Shown here: in pieces, positions 7,777-16,409 of the stretch
Layout: every line of letters starts with the position of its first letter
Position numbering within the stretch: the stretch's first letter is position 1
From: Lentibacter sp.
GTDB lineage: Bacteria; Pseudomonadota; Alphaproteobacteria; Rhodobacterales; Rhodobacteraceae
DNA: 32,000 nt
Direction of reading: 5' to 3'
Assembly (NCBI RefSeq): GCF_029254145.1
Contig: NZ_JAQWYD010000007.1
Coordinates: forward strand, 1-32,000
Notes under the pieces: model-generated
Database searches by the model: none
Seen by the model: only the letters and a program-made list of their open reading frames with translations
What the model was told of the DNA's origin: nothing
Made by a program: the position numbers and the translations under genes

Positions 7777-7829
7777 GCGAGGGGGCTAGCCCCCTCGCGC
7801 TCCCCCAGGATATTTGAGGAAAGAAAAAG
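7777..7829 (+). repeat. intergenic repeat element, copy A (GC hairpin plus conserved tail)
   Basis: A perfect 22-nt palindrome GCGAGGGGGCTAGCCCCCTCGC (7777..7798) is followed by CTCCCCCAGGATATTTGAGGAAAGAAAAAG (7800..7829). Related copies lie at 26831..26880 and 31098..31143. Confidence 0.6.
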
Positions 7830-7861
7830 CGCATTGGGATTTTTGCCGCTTTGAGGGCGTC

Positions 7862-7895
7862 AAAAAGCCCGCGCTCTTTGGGGGAGGCGGGCTTT
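7862..7895 (-). terminator. rho-independent terminator of carD
   Basis: The minus strand reads AAAGCCCGCCTC-CCCCAAA-GAGCGCGGGC followed by TTTTT. It lies about 25 nt after the carD stop. Confidence 0.6.
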
Positions 7896-7919
7896 ACATA
7901 TTGGGCTGTGTTTTTTGGT

Positions 7920-8429
7920 TTATGCGGCGCGGCTGACCAGAACGTCGTCGATCTGCTTGGCGGCCGCCATTTCATCGCCGCCGCCGACGGCGCCAACTTC
8001 GCGTGTGAGACGTTCGAGGGCGGCTTCATAAAGCTGGCGCTCGGAGTAGCTTTGCTCGCGCTGATCATCGGAGCGATGCAAGTCGCGTACGACTTCTGCG
8101 ATGGCAATAAGGTCGCCCGAGTTGATCTTTTGCTCATACTCTTGCGCACGGCGGGACCACATTGCGCGTTTGACTTTGGCTTTGCCTTTGAGGGTCTTCA
8201 TCGCGTGGCTGACCACATCGGGGCTTGAGAGCCCACGCATGCCGATCTCTGTGGCTTTGTTAGTGGGTACGCGCAGAGTCATTTTGTCTTTCTCAAAAGA
8301 GATGACGAAAAGCTCGAGCTCAAAGCCGGCGACCTCTTGTTTCTCGATCGATACGATCTGTCCAACGCCGTGGGCGGGGTAGACAACAAATTCATTGGCG
8401 CGGAAGTCCGGTTTCTTCGATTTGGTCAT
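7920..8429 (-). CDS. carD: CarD/CdnL-family RNA polymerase-binding transcription factor
   Basis: 169 aa. It has FVVYPAHGVGQIVSIEKQEVAGFELELFVISFEKDKMTLRVP, the CarD_TRCF RNAP-interacting domain pattern. GAGGAAAG lies 7 nt upstream. Confidence 0.9.
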   Translation of the reverse strand: MTKSKKPDFRANEFVVYPAHGVGQIVSIEKQEVAGFELELFVISFEKDKMTLRVPTNKATEIGMRGLSSPDVVSHAMKTLKGKAKVKRAMWSRRAQEYEQKINSGDLIAIAEVVRDLHRSDDQREQSYSERQLYEAALERLTREVGAVGGGDEMAAAKQIDDVLVSRAA

Positions 8430-8674
8430 GCAATCTTTCCTCGCATTGCCGATAATCCTGTGAGTAGGTCAAAAACGATGCTGGGGGCCGCAAGAGCCGC
8501 CCCGACAGGCCAGAGTTTTTGACAAACAAAACCATCCAGCAAGCGGCAGCTCGGGGGATGGGTTCAGGCAGGTTTCATATTTCACATGTCTGACACATAG
8601 CACGAATCGGAGGCAAAAGAAAGCGTGCTGGTAGAAGGGTTTGCTTGCGTAAGGTTCGGCAGGCGGCGGAGCGC

Positions 8675-9013
8675 TTAGCCGCCCTCTCCGGGAGCTTCGG
8701 AGAAATACTTCTCAAGCTTGCCCTCTTCACCATCGCGCTCTTCGGCTTCGGGAAGGGGGTCTTTTTTGCTGACAATCACAGGCCAGAGCTCGGAATACTT
8801 GCGGTTGAATTCCACCCATTGTTCGGTGCCTGCGTCTGTATCTGGGCGGATGGCATCGGCAGGGCATTCAGGCTCGCAGACGCCGCAATCGATGCATTCA
8901 TCGGGATGAATCACCAGCATGTTCTCGCCCTCGTAGAAGCAATCTACTGGGCAGACTTCGACGCAGTCTGTGTATTTGCAAGCGATGCACGCGTCGTTGA
9001 CGATGTAGGTCAT
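8675..9013 (-). CDS. fdxA: 7Fe ferredoxin (3Fe-4S plus 4Fe-4S), FdxA type
   Basis: It reads [29 protein letters not shown]...[16 protein letters not shown], with the canonical cysteine motifs. Confidence 0.9.
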   Translation of the reverse strand: MTYIVNDACIACKYTDCVEVCPVDCFYEGENMLVIHPDECIDCGVCEPECPADAIRPDTDAGTEQWVEFNRKYSELWPVIVSKKDPLPEAEERDGEEGKLEKYFSEAPGEGG

Positions 9014-9109
9014 ATGGGAGACCCCCTAACTTATGGCTTTCCGTGCTGAGCTAGTCGGTTTTGGCCGATCATTCAAGCGCACTCTATGCCGCAGGGATGG
9101 GGCTGTGGC

Positions 9110-9487
9110 TCAGTTGCCCTCGTCTTTGAAGGCGGCAATATCGCGGCGATCTTTCTTTGTGGGGCGTGGGCCTGTCCGTGCCGGCTCAGGCAGGCGCTCT
9201 TCACGTGGTGGGGTCAGGTCTTCATAGAGCGATTGGGCTTCAGGGGCAGGCCCGCGCCGTTCGCCTAAGGCGAGGACTTTGACCACGCGTATGGTATCAC
9301 CCTGCGCAAAGGTGAGCACATCGCCGAAGGTTACGCCATGGGCGGGTTTTAAAGTCTTTTGGCTATTGATACGCACATGGCCGCCAGACACTTGCTTGGC
9401 CGAGAGGCCACGCGTTTTGAAAAAACGCGCGTGCCAGAGCCATTTGTCGATCCGCAGTTTTGCGGGGGCGGTGGGCGTCTCTGCCAT
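9110..9487 (-). CDS. hslR: S4-domain RNA-binding protein, Hsp15 (HslR)-like
   Basis: LRIDKWLWHARFFKTRGLSAKQV and the basic tail KKDRRDIAAFK parallel E. coli HslR. The ATG overlaps the helicase stop by 1 nt (TGATG). Confidence 0.8.
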   Translation of the reverse strand: MAETPTAPAKLRIDKWLWHARFFKTRGLSAKQVSGGHVRINSQKTLKPAHGVTFGDVLTFAQGDTIRVVKVLALGERRGPAPEAQSLYEDLTPPREERLPEPARTGPRPTKKDRRDIAAFKDEGN

Positions 9488-12255
9488 CAGTCTTTCTTGG
9501 TGAGGCCCATGAGCGCTGCAGCGAAGGGATTATCAGGGTCGATGGCTTTTTCTTTGGGCGGACGAGCCTGAAAGCTCTGTGCGCCTTGCGGTTTGCCTTT
9601 GGCACCACCTTGAGGCTTGCCGCGGGGTTTTCCCTGTGGCTTGCCTTTACCACGGGGTTTGTCACCTTCTTGGCGAGGCGCACGTGCGTTGCCGCCACGG
9701 TTTCCGCCCCATGTGAAGCTGTAGAATACTTCCATGTCTGGGGATTCTGCCTCGGTCTCGGCTGGGGTTTCGCTTGCTGGCGCCTCGGCGTTGGCTTCTG
9801 GGGCCGGTGTTTCAGCTGCAGCTTCTACCGGTACGTCTGCCTCTTCAGCGGGGGCTGCGGCTACGGTTGGCGCGGATTTGACTTTGATGCGCTCGCCTTT
9901 TTCGGCCTTATAGCCAAGACCTGCCATCAGATCAGCGAATTGCTCAAGGGTCATGCCTGTGATCGAAAGCATGTCTGCTTTGGCTTCAAAACCGCCACGG
10001 CTATCTTCACCGCGCAGCATATCGGCGAGGCGCTCCAGCATGTCGATGCGGATCGCGCGCTCACCTGCGTTGCGATAGCCGGCCATTGTGTCTGTGCCTT
10101 GTGGCGCAGACGACATGCTTGGCACGGTCACGAGACCCGCGGGGGGCGCTTCGGGGAATTCTTGCAAGTCTTGCGCGAGGGACCAAAGCACGAGGCGCAG
10201 GCGCGTGGGCGCGGGCTTCAAGAGCAGCGGCAGGAAGATTGTGAACTGGCCAAAGCGGATGCCGTGTTTGCGCAGTGCAGAGCGTGCGTCCTGATCGAGT
10301 GATTTGACATCATTGGCGACAACCGCGCGGGGCAAGAGGCCCAAGCCTTCTACCATCTGGAAGGCAAAGCCACGTGCGAGGCCTGTGAGCGTTTCGTCGC
10401 GTGATAGATTGAACAGTGGTTCAAAGGCGGTGGCAATTTTGCGATCAATGAAGTGCTGAAGGCGGCGTGTCACTTTCTCGGCCACATCTGCGCCAGCTTC
10501 GTCATCAACAAAAGCCTTCACTGTGGGCTTGAGGGCCTCCGCTCCTTTGACGAGTTTACCGACGGCTGTGTTGCCCCACATGAGGCCGCCTTGCTCAGTA
10601 AAGTCGATCTCTGTGTCGGGGGCATTATAGAAGCGGTCGGCCAGCAAGTGAAAATGCGGGGTCAACGCGGCAAGGCTTGCGGTTTTTAGAGTCTTGGCCT
10701 CTTGGCCTGCTGCGGATTTGTCCTGCGAGAAGCGGAACCCTTCGAGACGGCCGACGAATTCGCCTTCGACTGTCACTTCACCATTTTCATTTACTTCGGC
10801 CAACATGGCCTCCTTTTGTTTTAGGCGCCGCAGGAGCACGGAGGTGCGCCTGTCGACAAATCTCTGGGTCAACGCTTCGTGTAGCGCATCTGACAGGCGA
10901 TCTTCTACAGCGCGAGTCGTCTCGCGCCAATGAGAATCGTCCCTTGTCCAGCCTTTTCGCTGTGCGACATAGGTCCAAGTGCGGATAAAGGCCAGCCGTT
11001 TGGACAAAGTATCTATGTCCCCTTGAGGGCGATCAATGTGTTTTATGTGCCGTGCGATCCAGTCTTCAGGCAGTTCGCCGCGCTCGTGAAGGTGCGCAAA
11101 AATCTGCCCCAAAAGGGCGGCGTGTTCGCTTGAAGAGATAGAGCGGAAGTCTGGCACGCAGCAGACATCCCACAAAAGGCGCACGGAGGCCACATCAGAA
11201 GCACGGGCGCGCGGCTCGGCTTCGGCGGCGAGCGTTTTGAGCACGAGGAGGTCATCTGCCTCGCGGGCTTTGACAAGAAGCTCATCGCTTGGGCTGATTT
11301 CGAGCGAGTGAATGAGCGCATCGAGCTGGCCAAATTGTAGCGCAGGGTTACGCCATATGAGCTTTTTCACTGGTGCGAAACGGTGATCCATGATGGCTTG
11401 AGCCACGCCGTCATCCAGCGGGGCGGCTTCGCCTGTGACCCCAAAAGAGCCATGGGACATGCCACGCCCAGCACGACCCGCTATCTGGGCGAGTTCGTGG
11501 GGCATGAGTGAGCGCATGCGGCGGCCATCAAACTTGGCGGTGGCCGAAAAAGCGACATGGTTGATATCCAGGTTGAGCCCCATGCCGATGGCGTCGGTGG
11601 CAACGAGGAAATCGACATCACCATTTTGGTAGAGCTCGACTTGGGCGTTGCGGGTGCGGGGGCTAAGCGCGCCCATGACAACAGCAGCGCCGCCTTTTTG
11701 GCGCTTGAGAAGCTCGGCGATGGCATAAACGTTTTCGACCGAAAAGCTGACGATAGCTGACCGTGCTTGCATGCGGCTGATCTTTTTGGAGCCTCCGTAG
11801 ACAAGCTGGGACATACGCTCGCGGCCCAGAAAATCGGCGTCGGGGACAAGAGCACGGATAATGCCGCGCATGGAATCAGACCCAAGGAACAACGTTTCGT
11901 CTATGCCACGGGCGCGCAGGAGCCTATCCGTGAAGACATGGCCACGCTCTGGATCTGCGCAGAGCTGGATTTCGTCAATCGCTAGGTAGTCGGCGGCCAT
12001 GCCTTCTGGCATCGCCTCAACTGTGCAAACCCAATATTGGGCACGCGGTGGAACAATGCGCTCTTCGCCTGTGACCAGCGCGACAACGGAAGGGCCACGC
12101 ACGGCCACGATTTTGTCATAAACCTCACGGGCCAGCAGTCGCAGGGGCAGGCCGATCACGCCAGTACGGTAGCCAAGCATACGTTCGATTGCGTAGTGCG
12201 TCTTGCCGGTGTTGGTCGGACCGAGCACCGCTGTGATGCGCTTTTGCTGGGTCAT
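9487..12255 (-). CDS. superfamily-2 ATP-dependent helicase, Suv3-like, with a disordered acidic-then-basic tail
   Basis: The ORF-track start at 12300 is a GTG. I prefer ATG 12255 (MTQQKRITAVLGPTNTGKTH). It has Walker A GPTNTGKT, motif II AIDEIQ and helicase C motifs (QIAGRAGR). The C-terminus reads GKGKPQGKPRGKPQGGAKGKPQG. Confidence 0.85.
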   Translation of the reverse strand: MTQQKRITAVLGPTNTGKTHYAIERMLGYRTGVIGLPLRLLAREVYDKIVAVRGPSVVALVTGEERIVPPRAQYWVCTVEAMPEGMAADYLAIDEIQLCADPERGHVFTDRLLRARGIDETLFLGSDSMRGIIRALVPDADFLGRERMSQLVYGGSKKISRMQARSAIVSFSVENVYAIAELLKRQKGGAAVVMGALSPRTRNAQVELYQNGDVDFLVATDAIGMGLNLDINHVAFSATAKFDGRRMRSLMPHELAQIAGRAGRGMSHGSFGVTGEAAPLDDGVAQAIMDHRFAPVKKLIWRNPALQFGQLDALIHSLEISPSDELLVKAREADDLLVLKTLAAEAEPRARASDVASVRLLWDVCCVPDFRSISSSEHAALLGQIFAHLHERGELPEDWIARHIKHIDRPQGDIDTLSKRLAFIRTWTYVAQRKGWTRDDSHWRETTRAVEDRLSDALHEALTQRFVDRRTSVLLRRLKQKEAMLAEVNENGEVTVEGEFVGRLEGFRFSQDKSAAGQEAKTLKTASLAALTPHFHLLADRFYNAPDTEIDFTEQGGLMWGNTAVGKLVKGAEALKPTVKAFVDDEAGADVAEKVTRRLQHFIDRKIATAFEPLFNLSRDETLTGLARGFAFQMVEGLGLLPRAVVANDVKSLDQDARSALRKHGIRFGQFTIFLPLLLKPAPTRLRLVLWSLAQDLQEFPEAPPAGLVTVPSMSSAPQGTDTMAGYRNAGERAIRIDMLERLADMLRGEDSRGGFEAKADMLSITGMTLEQFADLMAGLGYKAEKGERIKVKSAPTVAAAPAEEADVPVEAAAETPAPEANAEAPASETPAETEAESPDMEVFYSFTWGGNRGGNARAPRQEGDKPRGKGKPQGKPRGKPQGGAKGKPQGAQSFQARPPKEKAIDPDNPFAAALMGLTKKD

Positions 12256-12312
12256 TTCGGGAAAACTCTTTTGCTGGCCCAGTCTGGCGGGGCGTGACAC
12301 GGAAAGATGCGA

Positions 12313-12873
12313 CTAAAGCTTTACACCGTTTACGGAAGGCTCAAGACGGGAGATGCCTTCAAGCGCTTTCTCATGTGCGGGGTAGAGGTTCAAGAGGATC
12401 TTGTAGGCGTCATACGCCTCTTCGGGCTTTTCGAGCTGTTCCAGCAGGGCGGCGAGACCGTAGATTGCCCCGAAGTGAGAGGGATTGAGCGCAAGGGTTT
12501 GGCGTAGATCAGCGAGCGCAAGACCATATTCGCCCAAGCCAAAGAATGCGCGTGCGCGGCCGTGCCAGCCCTCAGCAAAACCAGGGGCGTGATCTGTGAG
12601 GGCGGTGAAGTGCTCGACCGCTTTGGTGAACTCACGCGATTCAAGTGCGTCTTCACCGCGTTTTAACAATAGGTTGGCAGAAGCAGAACCAGAAGCAGAC
12701 CAGCGGATCTCGATATCGCGGGCGATTTTTTGGGCTTCGGGCGCTTTGGCGCTTTGCAACTCCGTGAGCAGCTCGGAGGTATCGCGGCTTTCGGCAAAAC
12801 TTGGCTGACCCAGCGTGAGCAGGGCGACAAGTGCCGCGACGGCAGGTTTGAGATGGACTCTGAGCTTGACCAT
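12313..12873 (-). CDS. secreted tetratricopeptide-repeat protein
   Basis: It has a signal peptide (VAALVALLTLGQPSFA|ES). TPR-like repeats include AEGWHGRARAFFGLGEYGLALADLRQTLALNP. Confidence 0.75.
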   Translation of the reverse strand: MVKLRVHLKPAVAALVALLTLGQPSFAESRDTSELLTELQSAKAPEAQKIARDIEIRWSASGSASANLLLKRGEDALESREFTKAVEHFTALTDHAPGFAEGWHGRARAFFGLGEYGLALADLRQTLALNPSHFGAIYGLAALLEQLEKPEEAYDAYKILLNLYPAHEKALEGISRLEPSVNGVKL

Positions 12874-12938
12874 AGTAGGCTCAGGATAACCACTGACAGG
12901 GCTGAGGCAAGCCTTGTCGCAACAATGTGAAGGAATGA

Positions 12939-13235
12939 ATGATGAGCGATGTGATTAACGGCGCGGTAAAGGCCCTGAACGAAAAGATGGCCGGAGGCGG
13001 TTTTTCTGCGGGCACGGCGAAATTTGTGATCAATGGCGAAGGCGCTGTTGTGATTGACGGCGAGGGCGCTCGTGCGGGCGACGACGAGGCAGATGTGACG
13101 CTTTCGGCGGATCGCGATGTCTTTGAGGCGATCCTGTCGGGGGATATGAACGCCACGGCAGCCTTTATGGGCGGCAAGCTTTCTGTCGATGGTGACATGG
13201 GTATGGCGATGCAGCTCGGCGCGGTGTTGAGCTAA
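12939..13235 (+). CDS. SCP2 sterol-carrier-like domain protein
   Basis: 98 aa. FEAILSGDMNATAAFMGGKLSVDGDMGMAMQLGAVL is the typical SCP2 C-terminal pattern. Confidence 0.8.
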   Translation: MMSDVINGAVKALNEKMAGGGFSAGTAKFVINGEGAVVIDGEGARAGDDEADVTLSADRDVFEAILSGDMNATAAFMGGKLSVDGDMGMAMQLGAVLS

Positions 13236-14168
13236 ATGAACGCCGCAGCCCCCTTTTTTGGAGATATCGCAGAGGGACCAGAGGGCGGCTACGCGCTCTG
13301 GCTCAAGGCGGATGATGGTGTGCGCTTGCGGGCGGTGCACTGGCCAAAAGAGGGTGCGCGCGGCACTGTGCTCTTGATGCCCGGTCGAACGGAATATTGT
13401 GAAAAATACGGTCGAACGGCGGCTGAGTTTGCTGCGCGCGGGCTTGCGACATTTGTAATTGATTGGCGGGGGCAGGGGCTGGCCGACAGACTGGCAGAGC
13501 CTGCTTTGCTCGGTCATGTCAAGGCGTTCAGCGATTATCAGCGTGATGTAAAGGCTATGGTTGCGGCGGCGAAGGCCGAGGGCGTCGCAGAGCCGTTTTT
13601 CCTGCTTGGGCATTCTATGGGCGGCTGTATCGGCTTGCGCACGCTTTACGAGGGCATTGACGTGAAGGCGGCAGCGTTTTCTGCTCCGATGTGGGGGATT
13701 TATCTGGCCCCGCATATGCGACCTGTGGCGTGGGGGCTGTCGAATTTGGGTAGTGCTCTGGGCTATGGCGCGCGCTTCGCGCCTGGCACGAAAACTGAGA
13801 CATATGTCATCGCCGACCTGTTTGACGACAATATGCTCACAACTGACCCCGATATGTGGGCCTATATGGTGGCTCAAGCTGAGGCGCAGCCTGAACTGAC
13901 GCTGGCGGGGCCATCGCTGGGCTGGCTGGCTGAGGCGTTGGGCGAGACGCGGGCCTTGCACCGTCTGCCCTCTCCTAAGACACGCACAATCACGTTGCTT
14001 GGCACGTGTGAGCGGATTGTCGATGTGCCTCGGATTACTGACCGCATGAGCCGCTGGAGCGCTGGCACGCTCAGCATGGTCGAGGGGGCCGAGCACGAGG
14101 TGTTGATGGAGAAACCTGCGATGCGCGGTAAGGTTCTCGACGAGATGGTGCAGTTTTTCTTTGAATGA
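13236..14168 (+). CDS. alpha/beta hydrolase (lysophospholipase-like)
   Basis: It has the nucleophile elbow GHSMGG. The ATG directly abuts the SCP2 stop (TAAATG). The antisense 477-aa ORF over this region is rejected. Confidence 0.8.
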   Translation: MNAAAPFFGDIAEGPEGGYALWLKADDGVRLRAVHWPKEGARGTVLLMPGRTEYCEKYGRTAAEFAARGLATFVIDWRGQGLADRLAEPALLGHVKAFSDYQRDVKAMVAAAKAEGVAEPFFLLGHSMGGCIGLRTLYEGIDVKAAAFSAPMWGIYLAPHMRPVAWGLSNLGSALGYGARFAPGTKTETYVIADLFDDNMLTTDPDMWAYMVAQAEAQPELTLAGPSLGWLAEALGETRALHRLPSPKTRTITLLGTCERIVDVPRITDRMSRWSAGTLSMVEGAEHEVLMEKPAMRGKVLDEMVQFFFE

Positions 14169-14244
14169 GACGCGGAGGGTGACTTGAGATCGCCCTTGCT
14201 GCGCTCTATGTCTCTGAGAGATATAATCAAAGAGGCGCCCAGAG

Positions 14245-16065
14245 ATGTTTCAACTTCCTTTTCCTGTTCGCGATGCAAATGTAGGCGGGGGCGCTGACGA
14301 GTTTGGCGATCTGCCTGAGTGGGACCTGAGCGACCTTTACACTGCTGAAGATGCGCCCGAACTGATCTGCGATCTGGCTTGGCTTGAGGAAGAATGCGCT
14401 AACTTTGCGAGAGACTACGAAGGCAAGCTTGCGGAGCTTGATGCGGCGGGCTTTCTTGCCTGCGTATTGCGCAACGAAAAGATCAACGGCATTGCCGGGC
14501 GTATCATGTCGTATGCGGGACTGCGCTATTACCAGCTCACGATTGACGCGGGGCGCGCGAAGTTTCTCTCGGATATGCAAGAAAAGATCACCAATTTCAC
14601 CACGCCGCTTGTCTTTTTCACGCTTGAGCTAAACCGGTTGGATGATGGAGTGCTCGACGGGCTCTTTGCTGAGAGCGCCGAACTTGCACGCTACAAGCCC
14701 GTGTTCGACCGCGTCCGCGCGATGAAGCCATACCAGCTTTCTGATGAGCTGGAGAAATTCCTCCATGATATGGGCGTTGTTGGCGACGCTTGGGAACGGA
14801 TGTTTGACGAAACCATCGCAGGACTAGAGTTTGAAGTGGATGGTGAGCCGCTGAACATTGAGGGCACTCTCAATCTTTTGACTGACGAGACGCGCGAAAC
14901 GCGTGAGTCGGCAGCGCGTGAGCTTGCTGATGTCTTTGGTAGCAATATCAAGACCTTCGCGCGCGTGCACAACACGCAGGCCAAGGAAAAAGAGATCGTT
15001 GATCGCTGGCGTGGAATGCCCACGGCACAGACGGGGCGGCATCTTTCCAATGATGTGGAAGCCGAAGTTGTGGAGGCGCTGCGCGACGCAGTTGTTAAGG
15101 CCTACCCCAAGCTGAGCCACCGCTACTATGAGCTGAAGCGCAAGTGGCTGGGTCTCGATAAGCTGCAGGTCTGGGACCGCAACGCGCCCTTGCCGATGGA
15201 AGACAAACGTATCGTTGGTTGGGACGCAGCGCGCGAGACCGTTATGAGCGCTTATGCAGGGTTTGACCCTCGGATGGCCGAGATTGCCGAGCCGTTCTTT
15301 ACCAAGGGCTGGATTGATGCCGGCGTGAAGCCTGGTAAGGCTCCTGGGGCCTTTGCACACCCGACCGTGACGGATGTGCACCCTTACGTGATGCTGAACT
15401 ATCTCGGCAAACCGCGCGATGTGATGACGCTGGCACATGAGCTGGGGCATGGGGTGCATCAGGTCTTGGCCGCAGAGCAGGGTGAGATGCTCTCTTCAAC
15501 GCCGCTGACACTGGCCGAGACCGCGAGTGTCTTTGGCGAGATGCTAACCTTCCGCAAGATGCTTTCGGAGGCCAAGACAGACGCACAACGCCGCGTGATG
15601 CTTGCGGGCAAGGTCGAAGACATGATCAACACCGTTGTGCGCCAGATCGCGTTTTATGACTTTGAGTGCAAGCTCCACGCAGCGCGGCGCGAAGGCGAGC
15701 TTACGCCAGAAGATATCGGTGCGCTCTGGATGTCTGTGCAGGGCGAAAGCCTTGGGCCAGCCTTTGAGTTTATGGACGGTTATGAGCATTTCTGGGCTTA
15801 TATCCCACATTTCGTGCATTCGCCGTTTTATGTTTATGCCTATGCTTTCGGCGATGGCTTGGTGAACGCGCTTTATGCGGTCTATGAAGAAAACCCCGAA
15901 GGGTTTCAGGACAAGTATTTTGACATGCTCAAAGCGGGTGGATCTATGCATCACACGGCTCTTCTGGCGCCTTTCGGGCTGGATGCGACAGATCCAACTT
16001 TCTGGGACAAGGGCCTCAGCATGATCTCAGGCTTTATCGACGAGCTGGAGGCCATGGAGGCGTGA
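14245..16065 (+). CDS. pepF: M3-family oligoendopeptidase (PepF type)
   Basis: 606 aa. It has the zinc motif HELGHGVH and an M3B-like layout. AAAGAGG lies about 9 nt upstream. Confidence 0.9.
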   Translation: MFQLPFPVRDANVGGGADEFGDLPEWDLSDLYTAEDAPELICDLAWLEEECANFARDYEGKLAELDAAGFLACVLRNEKINGIAGRIMSYAGLRYYQLTIDAGRAKFLSDMQEKITNFTTPLVFFTLELNRLDDGVLDGLFAESAELARYKPVFDRVRAMKPYQLSDELEKFLHDMGVVGDAWERMFDETIAGLEFEVDGEPLNIEGTLNLLTDETRETRESAARELADVFGSNIKTFARVHNTQAKEKEIVDRWRGMPTAQTGRHLSNDVEAEVVEALRDAVVKAYPKLSHRYYELKRKWLGLDKLQVWDRNAPLPMEDKRIVGWDAARETVMSAYAGFDPRMAEIAEPFFTKGWIDAGVKPGKAPGAFAHPTVTDVHPYVMLNYLGKPRDVMTLAHELGHGVHQVLAAEQGEMLSSTPLTLAETASVFGEMLTFRKMLSEAKTDAQRRVMLAGKVEDMINTVVRQIAFYDFECKLHAARREGELTPEDIGALWMSVQGESLGPAFEFMDGYEHFWAYIPHFVHSPFYVYAYAFGDGLVNALYAVYEENPEGFQDKYFDMLKAGGSMHHTALLAPFGLDATDPTFWDKGLSMISGFIDELEAMEA

Positions 16066-16097
16066 TCTGGCGTGCGCAAATAGCGAAACGTGCTATG

Positions 16098-16118
16098 TGC
16101 GGGGGCGAAGCCCTCGCA
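16098..16118. terminator. hairpin between the convergent pepF and traR-like genes (no U-tract)
   Basis: TGCGGGGGC-GAA-GCCCTCGCA forms a 9-bp stem with one G-U pair. No T-run follows on either strand, so terminator function is uncertain. Confidence 0.3.
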
Positions 16119-16126
16119 TAACCCAT

Positions 16127-16399
16127 TTACTTAAGCTGACTGTCTTTGGAGCCGCGACGGTTGATGCCGCCGCGTTTTGCCGAAGTGGCGTCACGCTCGC
16201 TCATGCAGTCGATGCAGAGCTTAACGCCTGGGAGGGCTGTGCGACGCGCTTCGGGGATTTCTTCGTCGCACTCTGCGCAATGGGTCAGGCTTTCGCCCAT
16301 AGGTTGGCGACGCGCTTTAAGGCGGGCAAGTTCGTCGTTGATCGAGGCTTCAATCTGTTCGCTGACTGCGCCGTCTTTGGCCCATCCGCCTGCCATCAC
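16127..16399 (-). CDS. TraR/DksA-family C4 zinc-finger protein
   Basis: 90 aa. CAECDEEIPEARRTALPGVKLCIDC is the CxxC-N17-CxxC DksA/TraR finger. Confidence 0.85.
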   Translation of the reverse strand: MMAGGWAKDGAVSEQIEASINDELARLKARRQPMGESLTHCAECDEEIPEARRTALPGVKLCIDCMSERDATSAKRGGINRRGSKDSQLK

Positions 16400-16409
16400 T
16401 GTTCTCCTA

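Noticed and set aside
9560-9680. Short tandem DNA repeats (GGCTTGCC-type units) that might suggest a repeat array
   Set aside because: They lie inside the helicase reading frame and simply encode the GKPQG/GKPRG low-complexity tail. There is no spacer-repeat architecture, so this is not a CRISPR array.
9460-10302. 280-aa plus-strand ORF
   Set aside because: It is antisense to the helicase C-terminal region, with Cys/Trp/Phe-rich nonsense composition.
12663-14096. 477-aa minus-strand ORF, the longest unexplained ORF in the track
   Set aside because: It lies antisense to the SCP2 and alpha/beta-hydrolase genes, which have clear family motifs (GHSMGG and the SCP2 C-terminus). Its product is Arg/Ser/His/Pro-rich low complexity, typical of shadow frames in GC-rich DNA.
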